From the NCBI GenBank assembly GCA_965224245.1, contig OZ245046.1, forward strand, positions 2,240,001 through 2,304,000: DNA of 64,000 nucleotides. The letters are read 5' to 3'. A program made the position numbers and the translations under genes. Of this stretch, positions 40,437 through 49,719 are shown one piece after another. How positions within the stretch are numbered: position 1 is the stretch's first letter; each line of letters starts with the position of its first letter. The notes under the pieces were generated by a model that was given only the letters and a program-made list of their open reading frames with translations, had not been told where the DNA came from and searched no databases. The DNA comes from Candidatus Eiseniibacteriota bacterium (GTDB taxonomy: Bacteria; Eisenbacteria; RBG-16-71-46; CAZAMP01).

Positions 40437-41630
40437 TCAGCGCACCTCGACGAAGAGGGCGAAGAGGTACTCGGTCTCCGGCATTGCGGGGAGCACGGGA
40501 TGGTCGGCCGCCTGGCGCGTCTCGGCCACGAGCCGGAGCTCACGCCCCAGCTTGGCGCCGCCGGCGCCCACCGCGGACAGGAGGTCGGCACGGGTCAGAT
40601 GGTGAGAGCACGTGCAGGCGATCAACAGTCCTCCGGGCCGGACGCGCACGAGGGCGTCCCGGCAGAGGCGTGTCATCGCGCGGAGCGCCGATGCCCGGGC
40701 GCGACGGTTTCGGGCCAGGGGCGGCGGGTCCAGGACCACCACGTCGAACCGGGACGCCTCCTCGCCCGGCACGGCGCCCGCCCCCAGGAGCTCGGCATGC
40801 TCGAAGCGACAGGCCGCCGCGACGCCGCCGGCGTCGGCGTTGCGCCGTGCGATCTCCAGCGCGCCCGGTGACCGATCCCGGCCGACGACCGATGCTCCGT
40901 GCCGCGCGGCCTCGAGTGCGAACGCGCCAGTGTAGCAAAAGAGATCCAGCACCCGTCCACCGTCGATCCACGCCCCGAGCGTGGCCCGCGTGTCTCGCTG
41001 GTCGTAGAAGTAGCCCGTCTTCTGTCCACCGAGCACGTCGACCTCCAGCTCGAGATCGCGCTCGCGGGCGATCACGCGGCCCGGCAACGTGCCGATCGCC
41101 ATGCGTCGTTCGGCCCCGAGGCCCTCCAGCGCGCGAAACGGCGAGTCGTTCGCCAGGACCACCGTATCCACCCCGGTCACGTCGACCACGAGCCGGCAGA
41201 ACGCGGCCTCCAGACGCGCCGCGCCCGCGGTCAGCGTCTGAACGACGGCCACGTCACCGTATCGATCCACGACGAAGCCCGGCAGGCCGTCGCTCTCGCC
41301 GTAGACGAGCCGTCCGAAGCGCACGTCGTCCAGCACCCGCTCGCGATAGGCGATCGCGTCGCGGAGTCGGGTGCGCAGAAACGCGTCGTCCGGGTCGGCG
41401 TCGGCGCCGAGGAGGCGGGCGGCGATGAGGGCGTGAGGGTTGACGGTGGCGGTGCCGAAGCCGCGTCCACGGGGATCGACGATCGTGCAGACGTCACCGG
41501 GGGCGATCGCCGCGAGGTCGGAGGTGACGTCGCTCGAGAACACCCACAGGTGCCCGCGGGCGAGCCGTGACGCACATCGGGCCGACACCGACACCCGTCC
41601 GCGGGTGCGTCGCCCGGTCGAGACAGTCAC
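40437..41630 (-). CDS. rlmI: Class I SAM-dependent rRNA methyltransferase (RlmI-like)
   Basis: PUA GHLWVFS, GESDGLPG..VDRY, GQKTGYFYDQR, LDLFCYTG, VLDPP, DHPV..PETEYL. Confidence 0.85.
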   Translation of the reverse strand: MTVSTGRRTRGRVSVSARCASRLARGHLWVFSSDVTSDLAAIAPGDVCTIVDPRGRGFGTATVNPHALIAARLLGADADPDDAFLRTRLRDAIAYRERVLDDVRFGRLVYGESDGLPGFVVDRYGDVAVVQTLTAGAARLEAAFCRLVVDVTGVDTVVLANDSPFRALEGLGAERRMAIGTLPGRVIARERDLELEVDVLGGQKTGYFYDQRDTRATLGAWIDGGRVLDLFCYTGAFALEAARHGASVVGRDRSPGALEIARRNADAGGVAAACRFEHAELLGAGAVPGEEASRFDVVVLDPPPLARNRRARASALRAMTRLCRDALVRVRPGGLLIACTCSHHLTRADLLSAVGAGGAKLGRELRLVAETRQAADHPVLPAMPETEYLFALFVEVR

Positions 41631-41746
41631 TCGTCACTCCTGCCCCGGCCCCGCGAGGCGAGACCCGTTCCAGCGAGATCGAAAAACGGCGCGGCGCGGG
41701 GCCGAGGGCGCCCGCACCGCGCCGGTACGTGTCGCGATCCGATCGC

Positions 41747-42367
41747 CTAGTTCACGGGCGTGAGGCGATAGATCTCGATCAGGCCGGTCTCACCCGGCGA
41801 GTAGAGCTCCAGCGCATCGGCGATGAGCCCGTCCACGCCGGCGATGGTGGCCAGCTGCACCGTCGGCCCGCCCTCGGCCAGCGCACCCGCGACCGCGGCC
41901 TCGCCCAGGGGCTCGATCCCGATCTCGCGAGCGGCCTCCAACTCGGCCAGACCGCGCGTCTCGTCCACGCGCTCGGGCAGCTCGTAGGAGCCGAAGAAGA
42001 CCAGGTCCCGGGCCAGGTCGACGGCGCCCGGCACCACGACGACCATGCGGCCGGACTCGACCCCCACGTTCGTCTGCTGCGCCGGATAGCGCCCCACGTA
42101 GAGCACGGGGCTCCAGCCCTGTCTCGGCTGGGCGAGCTCGGGGTCGACGTCGAACACGAGCACGTATCCCGACTGGAACTGCTCGCGATCGGCCGTCCAG
42201 TCGTACGTGAACGGCTCGTCGACCTCGAACGCGCGCGCGTAGACGAGGCCCTTCACCGACGTCCCGTCGTCGACGGGCTGGATCGGAACCTCGTCGCCGA
42301 ACGCCGCGGTGACCAGCGTCACCGCCGCGAGCGCTCCGAGGACTCCGGAAACGGTTCGTGTCTTCAT
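41747..42367 (-). CDS. Secreted hypothetical protein
   Basis: Signal peptide MKTRTVSGVLGALAAVTLVTAAFG; SD AAGGA; co-oriented directly behind the hydrolase. Confidence 0.75.
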   Translation of the reverse strand: MKTRTVSGVLGALAAVTLVTAAFGDEVPIQPVDDGTSVKGLVYARAFEVDEPFTYDWTADREQFQSGYVLVFDVDPELAQPRQGWSPVLYVGRYPAQQTNVGVESGRMVVVVPGAVDLARDLVFFGSYELPERVDETRGLAELEAAREIGIEPLGEAAVAGALAEGGPTVQLATIAGVDGLIADALELYSPGETGLIEIYRLTPVN

Positions 42368-42425
42368 GATCTATCCGTCCTTTTCGTCGACCGGGTCGAC
42401 GTTTGCACTCTCGGACTCGGCTCCA

Positions 42426-45095
42426 CTACTCGGCCGTGAACTGAACGTCGTCGATCCCGATCCGCCCCCGGTCGGAGCCGAACGCGGCGCCGAACTCGAG
42501 GCGCACGGCCACGACGTCCGACAGGTCGATCCCCGAACCGTTCGTCTCGAACTCGGAGACGCGGGCACGCACGGTGTTCATCTCGTTGAGCCATCCGCCC
42601 GAGCGCTGGAACAGCGGCGTCAGGTGACCCCACCCACCGAAGTGGATGGAGCTGGACGTCCCGCTTCCGTCGCGAAGCGTGACGCTGAACGAGTGATAGT
42701 CGTCGAGCGCGACCGTCTCGGGGTGGTGGGTCTGCTGGCACGCCCGGAACGAGACGAACGCCATGTCACGCACGTCGCGTGCGCCCGGCACGACCTCGTA
42801 CTCCACGTAACGCGTCTGACCCACGGTGTAGTCCCAGATCGCGCCGAACGCGATGTCACCGCCTCCCGAGTGGTACGTCATGCCGTTCATCGGGTCGGAC
42901 TCCAGCCACCCGTACGTCGAGTCGGCGTCGCCGAGGATGCCCTCGAACAGGTTCGACACGTCGTACGTGACGGTCCCGCCGGAGCTGCTCGTGCCGTCGG
43001 CCGGCTGCGTCTCGTAGTCGTCGATGACGAAGTTCGCCGCCGTCGCGCGCTCGGTGTACGTGAGCGCCACGATCGCCGTCGGAAGGACTCCGATCGGCTT
43101 CAGGTCGTCGTACATCCGGGTCAGGTACTCCTTGACCGCCGGACTGTCGTTTCCGTACGTCTCGGCCAGCGCGAGGTAGTACGACCGCGCGATCTTCTGC
43201 GCCTCGTCACGACCGATCTGATCCGCGGGGGGGCCGGTGTAGTCGTTGAAGCCGCAGCAGTTGTAGTCGTTGTGATCGGTGCCGTGTACGTACATCGTCA
43301 TCGCCGTGGCTTCGGCCCGGTCGTGGAGCCGGAAGTACTGGCAGACCGCGCAGTTCGCGGCCCCCGAGACGTCGCCGTCACCCGCGGCCCCGATCACGTG
43401 ATACGTGACGTCGTGGGGGTCGGAGACGCCCGCGGTCAGGAAGACCGTCGGCGCGATGCTCGAGACCAGAACGATCTGCGAGATGTCGAAGTTCGGGTAC
43501 GTCTCCCCGTCGAAGAGTCGGTCGTACGCGCGCACGACGCCCTCGCCGCCTCGGCTGTGGCCCGACCAGATGACTCGGTCCAGGTTCACGTTGCCGTCGA
43601 GCGCACCGCCGGCGATCGTGCCGAGGTTGCCCAGGAGGTAGTTCGTGTTCGTGAGCGTCGTCGTCGACGCCGTCTCGATGCCCGGCCCGGTGTTGTTCTG
43701 GTGGCTCATGAACACGAACCCGTGCGACGCGTAGTGCGTGCCCAGGTAGTCGTACCAGGTGTACTGGTGGCCGTTGCCGTGGCTCATGATGATGATCGGC
43801 ACGTTGGTCAGATCGCCGGTGCCGATCTCGGACGGGTAGAACAGGTTCTGGCCCAGCCAGGTACCGCCCGAGTACGTCGACTCGACAGGCGTGTAGGGCC
43901 CGGCCGCCGTGAGGTCCTTGACCACGTAGGCGCCGGCCTCCTCGCCGAAGGAGAGCCCATCGATGATGTCGCCCGCGTCCAGGGTTCCGTCCATGCCGAA
44001 GTCGTAGACGATGTCGTACGACTTGTGGATCAGCGGACCGGAGTCGAGCCCGGCGGCCCACAGCGTCACGATGTTGGCCTGCGTCGAGGCGTCCGAGAAC
44101 GTCGCCGTCTCGAAGCCGCCGGTGACGTCGGCGAGCGTGTTGTCGCCCGCCCAGCCGGCCGCGGTCTTGTGCTCGACCACGTACGCGCGGTACTGGAGGC
44201 CGTCCCGCTCGGCGTGACGCGGTCCGTCGAGCGCGCCCCGGATCTGGTCGTTCGAGTTGAACGAGTCCACGTAGTGGAAGTTCGGGTACTCGCCGATGAT
44301 CTCGCCCCCGATCCCCGGGAACGGGCCCACCCGCACGAGCACCGCGTCGGTGGTCGGCGTGCCGCGGCCCGCCGAGGCCGTGTAGCTGGCCGTGATCGTG
44401 GACGTGCCGTGATTCACCGCGTTCACGTAGAACGTGACCGGCAGCTCGCTGACGTCGTACGTCGCGGGCTGCGCGATCGCGACGCCCGACGGCGTGAAGA
44501 ACTGTAGCGAGGCGTCACCGGCGGACTCCACGCTCATCGTGCCGCTGCCCAGCGACGCGTCCTTGTCCAGCGTGAACGGACGCATGTGGAACTTGAGCTG
44601 CTGGAAGTTGAGCTGCGAGACGATGGAGATGTTGGGCTGCATGAAGATGCCGACCGACTCCTCGGTGTCGTCGTCCGAGAACGCGGCGTCGAGACGCGGC
44701 TGCGTCAAGCAGTCGGACACCTCGACCACGATCTGGTCGGTGCACGAGCCGCAGTTGGCCTCGAGCACATACGTTCCCGGCGTCGGAATGGACAGGTCGA
44801 TCGACTCGCCGGTGCCGACCGGGCTCCCGTCGAGGAGCCAGGTCGGATCGAAGTCCGAGCGCTCGTAGCCGTCCGCACAGGTGACGACGGCCGAGTACGT
44901 GCGGGTCTGGCCCGCGCACACGGTGATGTCGGATCCATCGATGTCGATCGTGCAGATCGCTCCCCGAAGGATGAGCGAATCGTAGATCTCGGTGGCCTGG
45001 TTCTCGGCGTGCGAGGTGGCCACCATCGCACCGACGATCAGCGCCCCGGTCGCGAGGCTGAACCGTCGGCGTCGAGTCAACAAGTGGTTGAACAC
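42426..45095 (-). CDS. Large secreted alpha/beta hydrolase (chlorophyllase/cutinase-like core) with Ig-like N-terminal and beta-sandwich C-terminal domains
   Basis: Signal peptide; IIMSHGNG oxyanion region, GHSRGG nucleophile elbow, GDGDV, HGTDHN. Confidence 0.8.
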   Translation of the reverse strand: MFNHLLTRRRRFSLATGALIVGAMVATSHAENQATEIYDSLILRGAICTIDIDGSDITVCAGQTRTYSAVVTCADGYERSDFDPTWLLDGSPVGTGESIDLSIPTPGTYVLEANCGSCTDQIVVEVSDCLTQPRLDAAFSDDDTEESVGIFMQPNISIVSQLNFQQLKFHMRPFTLDKDASLGSGTMSVESAGDASLQFFTPSGVAIAQPATYDVSELPVTFYVNAVNHGTSTITASYTASAGRGTPTTDAVLVRVGPFPGIGGEIIGEYPNFHYVDSFNSNDQIRGALDGPRHAERDGLQYRAYVVEHKTAAGWAGDNTLADVTGGFETATFSDASTQANIVTLWAAGLDSGPLIHKSYDIVYDFGMDGTLDAGDIIDGLSFGEEAGAYVVKDLTAAGPYTPVESTYSGGTWLGQNLFYPSEIGTGDLTNVPIIIMSHGNGHQYTWYDYLGTHYASHGFVFMSHQNNTGPGIETASTTTLTNTNYLLGNLGTIAGGALDGNVNLDRVIWSGHSRGGEGVVRAYDRLFDGETYPNFDISQIVLVSSIAPTVFLTAGVSDPHDVTYHVIGAAGDGDVSGAANCAVCQYFRLHDRAEATAMTMYVHGTDHNDYNCCGFNDYTGPPADQIGRDEAQKIARSYYLALAETYGNDSPAVKEYLTRMYDDLKPIGVLPTAIVALTYTERATAANFVIDDYETQPADGTSSSGGTVTYDVSNLFEGILGDADSTYGWLESDPMNGMTYHSGGGDIAFGAIWDYTVGQTRYVEYEVVPGARDVRDMAFVSFRACQQTHHPETVALDDYHSFSVTLRDGSGTSSSIHFGGWGHLTPLFQRSGGWLNEMNTVRARVSEFETNGSGIDLSDVVAVRLEFGAAFGSDRGRIGIDDVQFTAE

Positions 45096-45113
45096 GTCAG
45101 TCTCCCCCAGTGC

Positions 45114-45881
45114 CTATGGCAGCCGCTGCATCTTGCGTGTTTCGTTCCAGGTTCCCGAGCTCACACGATAGAAGTACGTGCCGGGAGAAACGTCCTTGCC
45201 GATCTCGTTCTTGCCGTCCCACGTGATGCGGTGGAAGCCACCGCCCAGACGGGGCGTCGTGAACGAGCGGATCTGGCGGCCCTGAATGTCGAAGATCGTC
45301 AGCTCGACCACACCCCCCTCGACCGGCAGGCCGAAGACGATGCTGGTGAGCGGTCGGAACGGGTTCGGAGTGTTGCCGACCAGTCGGTGCGCGGCCGGCG
45401 TGGAGCCGAGCTCGTCGACACCGATGATCTCCATGCAGCACTCGTCGATGCCGAACGCACGCTGAACCGGATCCACGGCAGGAAACACCGTCAGCGCGAT
45501 CATCCGGTGGCCCTCGAAGACCACCGCGCCATCCTCCAGCGTGCCCGTGACCTGGACGCGGGCGTGTCCCTTCTGCCCGAGCGCCACGTCGCCCACGTCG
45601 AAGCGGACCATGACGTCGGTGACCGCACCGGACGAGACCACGACATCGGTGACGTCTACCCAGTCGGGAACGTCGGTGACCTCGGCCCCGATGGTCACCC
45701 CATCGGTCAGGCCGGCCCGGTCGTCGAGCTGTACATGAATGACGTTGTCACTGGTCGCGGGAGCGACCTCGTACGCGAGCGCCGAACTCGTCGCGAGCGC
45801 GGCGATCACGAATCCGATGGCGATCGGACCGTGGGCACCGTCCCACAAGCGTGCACGGGCATTCCTTCTCAACGAAGACAC
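45114..45881 (-). CDS. Small secreted protein with C-terminal FlgD Ig-like domain
   Basis: GAGGAGG SD 7 nt before GTG; signal ..IAIGFVIAALATSSALA; tail 'GNTPNPFRPLTSI.F...LTIFDIQGRQIR...WDGKNEIGKDVSPGTYFYR'. Confidence 0.8.
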   Translation of the reverse strand: MSSLRRNARARLWDGAHGPIAIGFVIAALATSSALAYEVAPATSDNVIHVQLDDRAGLTDGVTIGAEVTDVPDWVDVTDVVVSSGAVTDVMVRFDVGDVALGQKGHARVQVTGTLEDGAVVFEGHRMIALTVFPAVDPVQRAFGIDECCMEIIGVDELGSTPAAHRLVGNTPNPFRPLTSIVFGLPVEGGVVELTIFDIQGRQIRSFTTPRLGGGFHRITWDGKNEIGKDVSPGTYFYRVSSGTWNETRKMQRLP

Positions 45882-45992
45882 CGAGACGCCTCCTCTGTAG
45901 CAGTTGTGTCGTTCGGATGCAGCGCATGGGGGGGCGCCGGCCGAAGACTCGGGTGATGTCCAGGCTGCTTTCGGACTCAAACACGACGCTCA

Positions 45993-46001
45993 AGTTTAGC
46001 A
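45993..46001 (-). promoter_or_regulatory. Extended -10 promoter element for the secreted-protein operon
   Basis: Minus strand TGC-TAAACT. Confidence 0.4.
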
Positions 46002-46060
46002 CGGCACGGGGCTGGCGTCGCCACCGTTCGACGCCCGCAACCCGTTCTCTCCGAGCGGGA

Positions 46061-47617
46061 TCAGACCCCGGGGGGCGGCGCGGCGGTCGGCGGCGGCGTG
46101 GTGCCGGCGTTCTCCGAATCGGCGGCGGTCCCGGGTGCCCCCTCCGAGGTCGTTTCGGGGTCTTCCCGCTCGTCACGCAGCGACGGGAAGAACACCACGT
46201 CGCGCAGCGACTCCACGCCGGTCAGGATCGCCACGAAGCGATCGATCCCGAGCCCGAGGCCCGAGATCGGCGGCATCCCGTACTCCATGCACTCGATGTA
46301 GTCCTCTTCCATCATCATCGTTTCGTCGTCGCCGCCCTCGCGGTATGCCTGCTGCTCGAGCATGCGCGCGTGCTGCTCGATCGGGTCGACGAGCTCGGAG
46401 TAGGCCTTGACCATCTCCCAGCTGTTCACCAGGACCTGGAACATGTCGAGGATGCGGGGATTCGCATCGTTTCGACGCGCGAGCGGGACCAGCTCGGACG
46501 GATGATGGACGAGGAAGCACGGCTGGATCAGCGAGGGACGCACCGTCTTCTTGTAGAGCGCATCGACGAGCGATGGATAGGACGGATAGGTCTCGACGTC
46601 GATCTCGGGCACGCTGGCCTTCACCGCCGAGGCCAGGGACTCGAGCGTGTCGTGGCTCGCGAGATCGACCGACGTCGCATCGCGGACGGCGGTGACGTAG
46701 TCCACCTCGGGCCAGTCCCCGCCGAAGTCGAGGTCGACTCCCTGGTAGGTCAGCGTGGTGCCCCCGGCGAACTCGGTCACGAGAGACTGGATCAGGTCGC
46801 GGACGACGCGCATGTTGTCGCGGTAGCTCCAGTACGCGGCGTACCACTCGAGCATGGTGAACTCCTGCAGGTGCGAGGGATCGATCCCCTCATTGCGGAA
46901 GTTCTTGCCGATCTCGTAGACCCGTTCGAGGCCACCGACCACGAGGCGCTTGAGGTACGTCTCGGGCGAGATCCGGAGAAAGAGATCCCGATCCAGGGCG
47001 TTGTGGTGGGTCACGAACGGCCGGGCGGCCGCGCCCGAGGAGGCCGCCTGGAGGATGGGCGTCTCCACCTCCATGAATCCCGCGTCGTCGAGGTAGCGCC
47101 GGATGAACTGGACCACACGCGAGCGCGTCACGAAGCGCTCCCGAGAGTCCGCGTTCGCGATCAGGTCCAGGTAGCGCTGGCGGGCCCGCAGCTCGCGGTC
47201 GGACAGGCCGTGCCACTTCTCGGGCAGGGGGCGCAGCCCCTTGGCCAGGAAGGTCAGCGCGTTCGCGCGGACGGTCCGCTCGCCCTTGCGCGTCGTCCAG
47301 AGCTCGCCCTCGATCCCGACGAAGTCGCCGACGTCCAGGAGCTTTCCCGCCACCTCGAACGACACGGCGTCCAGCACCGCCTTCTCGAAGCTGACCTGCG
47401 CGCGACCGGAGCGATCCATGAGATGCGCGAAGATCAGCTTGCCGAAGCTGCGGTGGGAGACCAGCCGCCCCGCGACCCGGCAGGGCGCCTCGTCGTCGAG
47501 CGCAACGGCATCGGTGAGCGTGTGGGTGGTCTCGAAGCGCTCCGCGTAGGGGACGATGCCGAGCTCTCGTAGCCTCGCGATCTTGTCTCGTCTGATCTGC
47601 CGGTAGTCGGTGCTCAC
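46061..47617 (-). CDS. lysS: Lysine-tRNA ligase (class II)
   Basis: LRPLPEKWHGL, RQRYLDL, FRNEGID..H..EFTMLE.Y, YGMPP.SGLGLGIDR. Confidence 0.97.
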   Translation of the reverse strand: MSTDYRQIRRDKIARLRELGIVPYAERFETTHTLTDAVALDDEAPCRVAGRLVSHRSFGKLIFAHLMDRSGRAQVSFEKAVLDAVSFEVAGKLLDVGDFVGIEGELWTTRKGERTVRANALTFLAKGLRPLPEKWHGLSDRELRARQRYLDLIANADSRERFVTRSRVVQFIRRYLDDAGFMEVETPILQAASSGAAARPFVTHHNALDRDLFLRISPETYLKRLVVGGLERVYEIGKNFRNEGIDPSHLQEFTMLEWYAAYWSYRDNMRVVRDLIQSLVTEFAGGTTLTYQGVDLDFGGDWPEVDYVTAVRDATSVDLASHDTLESLASAVKASVPEIDVETYPSYPSLVDALYKKTVRPSLIQPCFLVHHPSELVPLARRNDANPRILDMFQVLVNSWEMVKAYSELVDPIEQHARMLEQQAYREGGDDETMMMEEDYIECMEYGMPPISGLGLGIDRFVAILTGVESLRDVVFFPSLRDEREDPETTSEGAPGTAADSENAGTTPPPTAAPPPGV

Positions 47618-47837
47618 GCGTCGACGCTCCTGGCATCGGGTCGCCGCTGGATGCGATCGCGCGAGGAGGCTCCGGGGGTCACGCGGGCCGACACGGTCGC
47701 ATCGGATCGGCGGAGAGAGTAGGCGAGGCGGGCGGCGCACGCAATCGCCGCCCATGCGACCGCCCGGGCGCCCCGGACGGACGCGAGGCCACGCATCGCC
47801 ACGCCGGAACGATCGCCACGGGCGAAACGGCAGGGAC

Positions 47838-47873
47838 GAGAAAGAGGGGCCGCGGTCTCACCGCAGCCCCTCT
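47838..47873 (-). terminator. Intrinsic terminator after the dockerin-like gene
   Basis: AGAGGGGC...GCCCCTCT hairpin followed on minus strand by TTCTC. Confidence 0.55.
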
Positions 47874-47941
47874 GCAACGTCAGCTCGAAACGCGCGTCCC
47901 GGCCCCACGTCGGGGCGCCGACGCGCGATCGCGTGTCGACT

Positions 47942-48520
47942 CTACGGGCAGACCGCCAGGAAGTCGTTCTGGAAGATGACGAAGTCACCCAGCTCGACGA
48001 AGTCGTTGCACGCATCGAAGTCGAAGCACGTGTCGGCGGTCAGGAACGCCGTCTGGAACAGCACGAAGTCACCGAGGCCGGTCAGGCCGTCGTACGGCGA
48101 GTCCGCGTCGGTGGACGCGATCGAGCCGTACGTGTTCAGGACGACCGAGCCGGGGTCGGCCTCGAGGACTCCCACCGCGGCGCTGATGCAGCAGCCGCTG
48201 AGGAACACCTCGAGCGTGACCTGGCCGGACGCATCCGTCGTCCCGGAGATGACCGGGTACGCCTGCCCCGGGCAGGCCTGGATCAGGGCACCGCACGCCG
48301 CACTGTCGAGGATGAGACGCACTTCCTCCGAGTCGATCGGAAGACCGTTCGTCCCGATCACGGTGACCTGGAGACCGGTGCCGAGCGTACCGTCCGGGGA
48401 CGTCCGGAGACAGCCGGGGGTCGAGCTCGCGCCTGGATCGGGAATGATCGCGTGTGAGGACGCCACTGCGAGTGCACACATGGCCCCGGCAAGGAGTCCG
48501 CTCCGTAGGACGTTGTTCAT
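47942..48520 (-). CDS. Secreted Cys-rich protein with C-terminal dockerin/EF-hand-like duplication
   Basis: Signal MNNVLRSGLLAGAMCALAVASSHA; duplicated D..DG...LGDFVLFQ..F / DFD..ND.VELGDFVIFQ..F. Confidence 0.7.
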   Translation of the reverse strand: MNNVLRSGLLAGAMCALAVASSHAIIPDPGASSTPGCLRTSPDGTLGTGLQVTVIGTNGLPIDSEEVRLILDSAACGALIQACPGQAYPVISGTTDASGQVTLEVFLSGCCISAAVGVLEADPGSVVLNTYGSIASTDADSPYDGLTGLGDFVLFQTAFLTADTCFDFDACNDFVELGDFVIFQNDFLAVCP

Positions 48521-48665
48521 GCTTCGGTTACCCTCCATTACGACAGCGTCGCGGACCGAAAGACACTCTTCGCCAGCGCTGAGCGCATCCTCCGCCAGGT
48601 CCTGCCATACCCAGGATCAAAGATGCATCCACCGGCTCGTAGTTGTTTACAGCAGACCACGCTTA

Positions 48666-48693
48666 AGTTTACACCACTTCCCGATTCCTGCAA
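48666..48693 (-). promoter_or_regulatory. Sigma70-type promoter for the dockerin-like gene
   Basis: Minus strand TTGCAG-N16-TAAACT in AT-richer DNA. Confidence 0.45.
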
Positions 48694-49062
48694 GCGGATT
48701 TGGCCGATCCGATCCGGCCGGCAACGGGAAGCGCCGTGCCCTCGCGGGCCGCCTTACCTTACTAACGCGTAGCGGAGCGGAACCGAACGCAACCCGCTCC
48801 CCCTTTTTTCTGATGGGTCACCCGTGACGATAGCATCAAATGAACGCTCCATCCACATCCTGGTCATTTTTGTACCTACGACCCACCCAGGTTCATTCCA
48901 CACGTACGGTGGACCGGCGAGGACCCTCCACCTTTGGGTACCGGGGAGCGCCGGAATCGCCTAAACTCCGCCGGCGGTCCCGGCCCGAGATCGTGAGCGA
49001 CCCAGGAGAGCCCAAAGGCGCCCGGCGCCGCGATGCGTCGGGGTCCCCGTGCATGGAGGACG

Positions 49063-49719
49063 ATGGCGATGTGGTGCGATTCCGGTCTCGTGCGGCGAGC
49101 GGCCCTGTCGGCGACCGTGGTGCTGATGATCGCGAGCAGCGGCTGCATCCTCAGCTCGGACGACGAGAAGAAGAAGTCGAACGACGGAGGGTTCCGGTAC
49201 CTGCCGCGCACCTCGCCCGAGAACGTGCTCGATAACCTCGCGTCGGCGTATCGCAACCGCGACGTGGACGCATACGTCGATCAGCTGGATCCGGACTTCC
49301 TCTTCGAGGCGAGCGCGGCGGACCACGAGATCGACTTCGATTACCTGAGCTACGACCAGGACGTCACCGCCACCGCGAACATGTTCGAGAACGTGGACGC
49401 CATCCACATCACCCTCGATCACGACGGGGCCGTGCCCTCGGACCGCGCGACGTACCCGCCCGAAGAGGGCTACATGAAGATCCTCGTGCCGGCCGTCCGC
49501 ATCGACGTGCTGAGCCGGATCCGGGACGAGGCGTCCGGAGAGCTCATCACGTTCCGCATCAGCGGCGACCCGGCCGTGTTCATCTTCGGGCCGGATCCGT
49601 CGAAGGCCCCCGTCGAGTACCGGCTCGTCTATCAGCAAGACCTCTTCACCGGGCGGCTCGCCGGCCACGGGGCCGGTGATCTCGCCGCCTCGGCGTCAGT
49701 CGCGGGAGGGCTCCGCTAG
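49063..49719 (+). CDS. Lipoprotein with NTF2/SnoaL-like fold
   Basis: GGAGGA SD; lipobox ASSG-C; 'TSPENVLDNLASAYRNRDVDAYVDQLDPDFLF'. Confidence 0.7.
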   Translation: MAMWCDSGLVRRAALSATVVLMIASSGCILSSDDEKKKSNDGGFRYLPRTSPENVLDNLASAYRNRDVDAYVDQLDPDFLFEASAADHEIDFDYLSYDQDVTATANMFENVDAIHITLDHDGAVPSDRATYPPEEGYMKILVPAVRIDVLSRIRDEASGELITFRISGDPAVFIFGPDPSKAPVEYRLVYQQDLFTGRLAGHGAGDLAASASVAGGLR

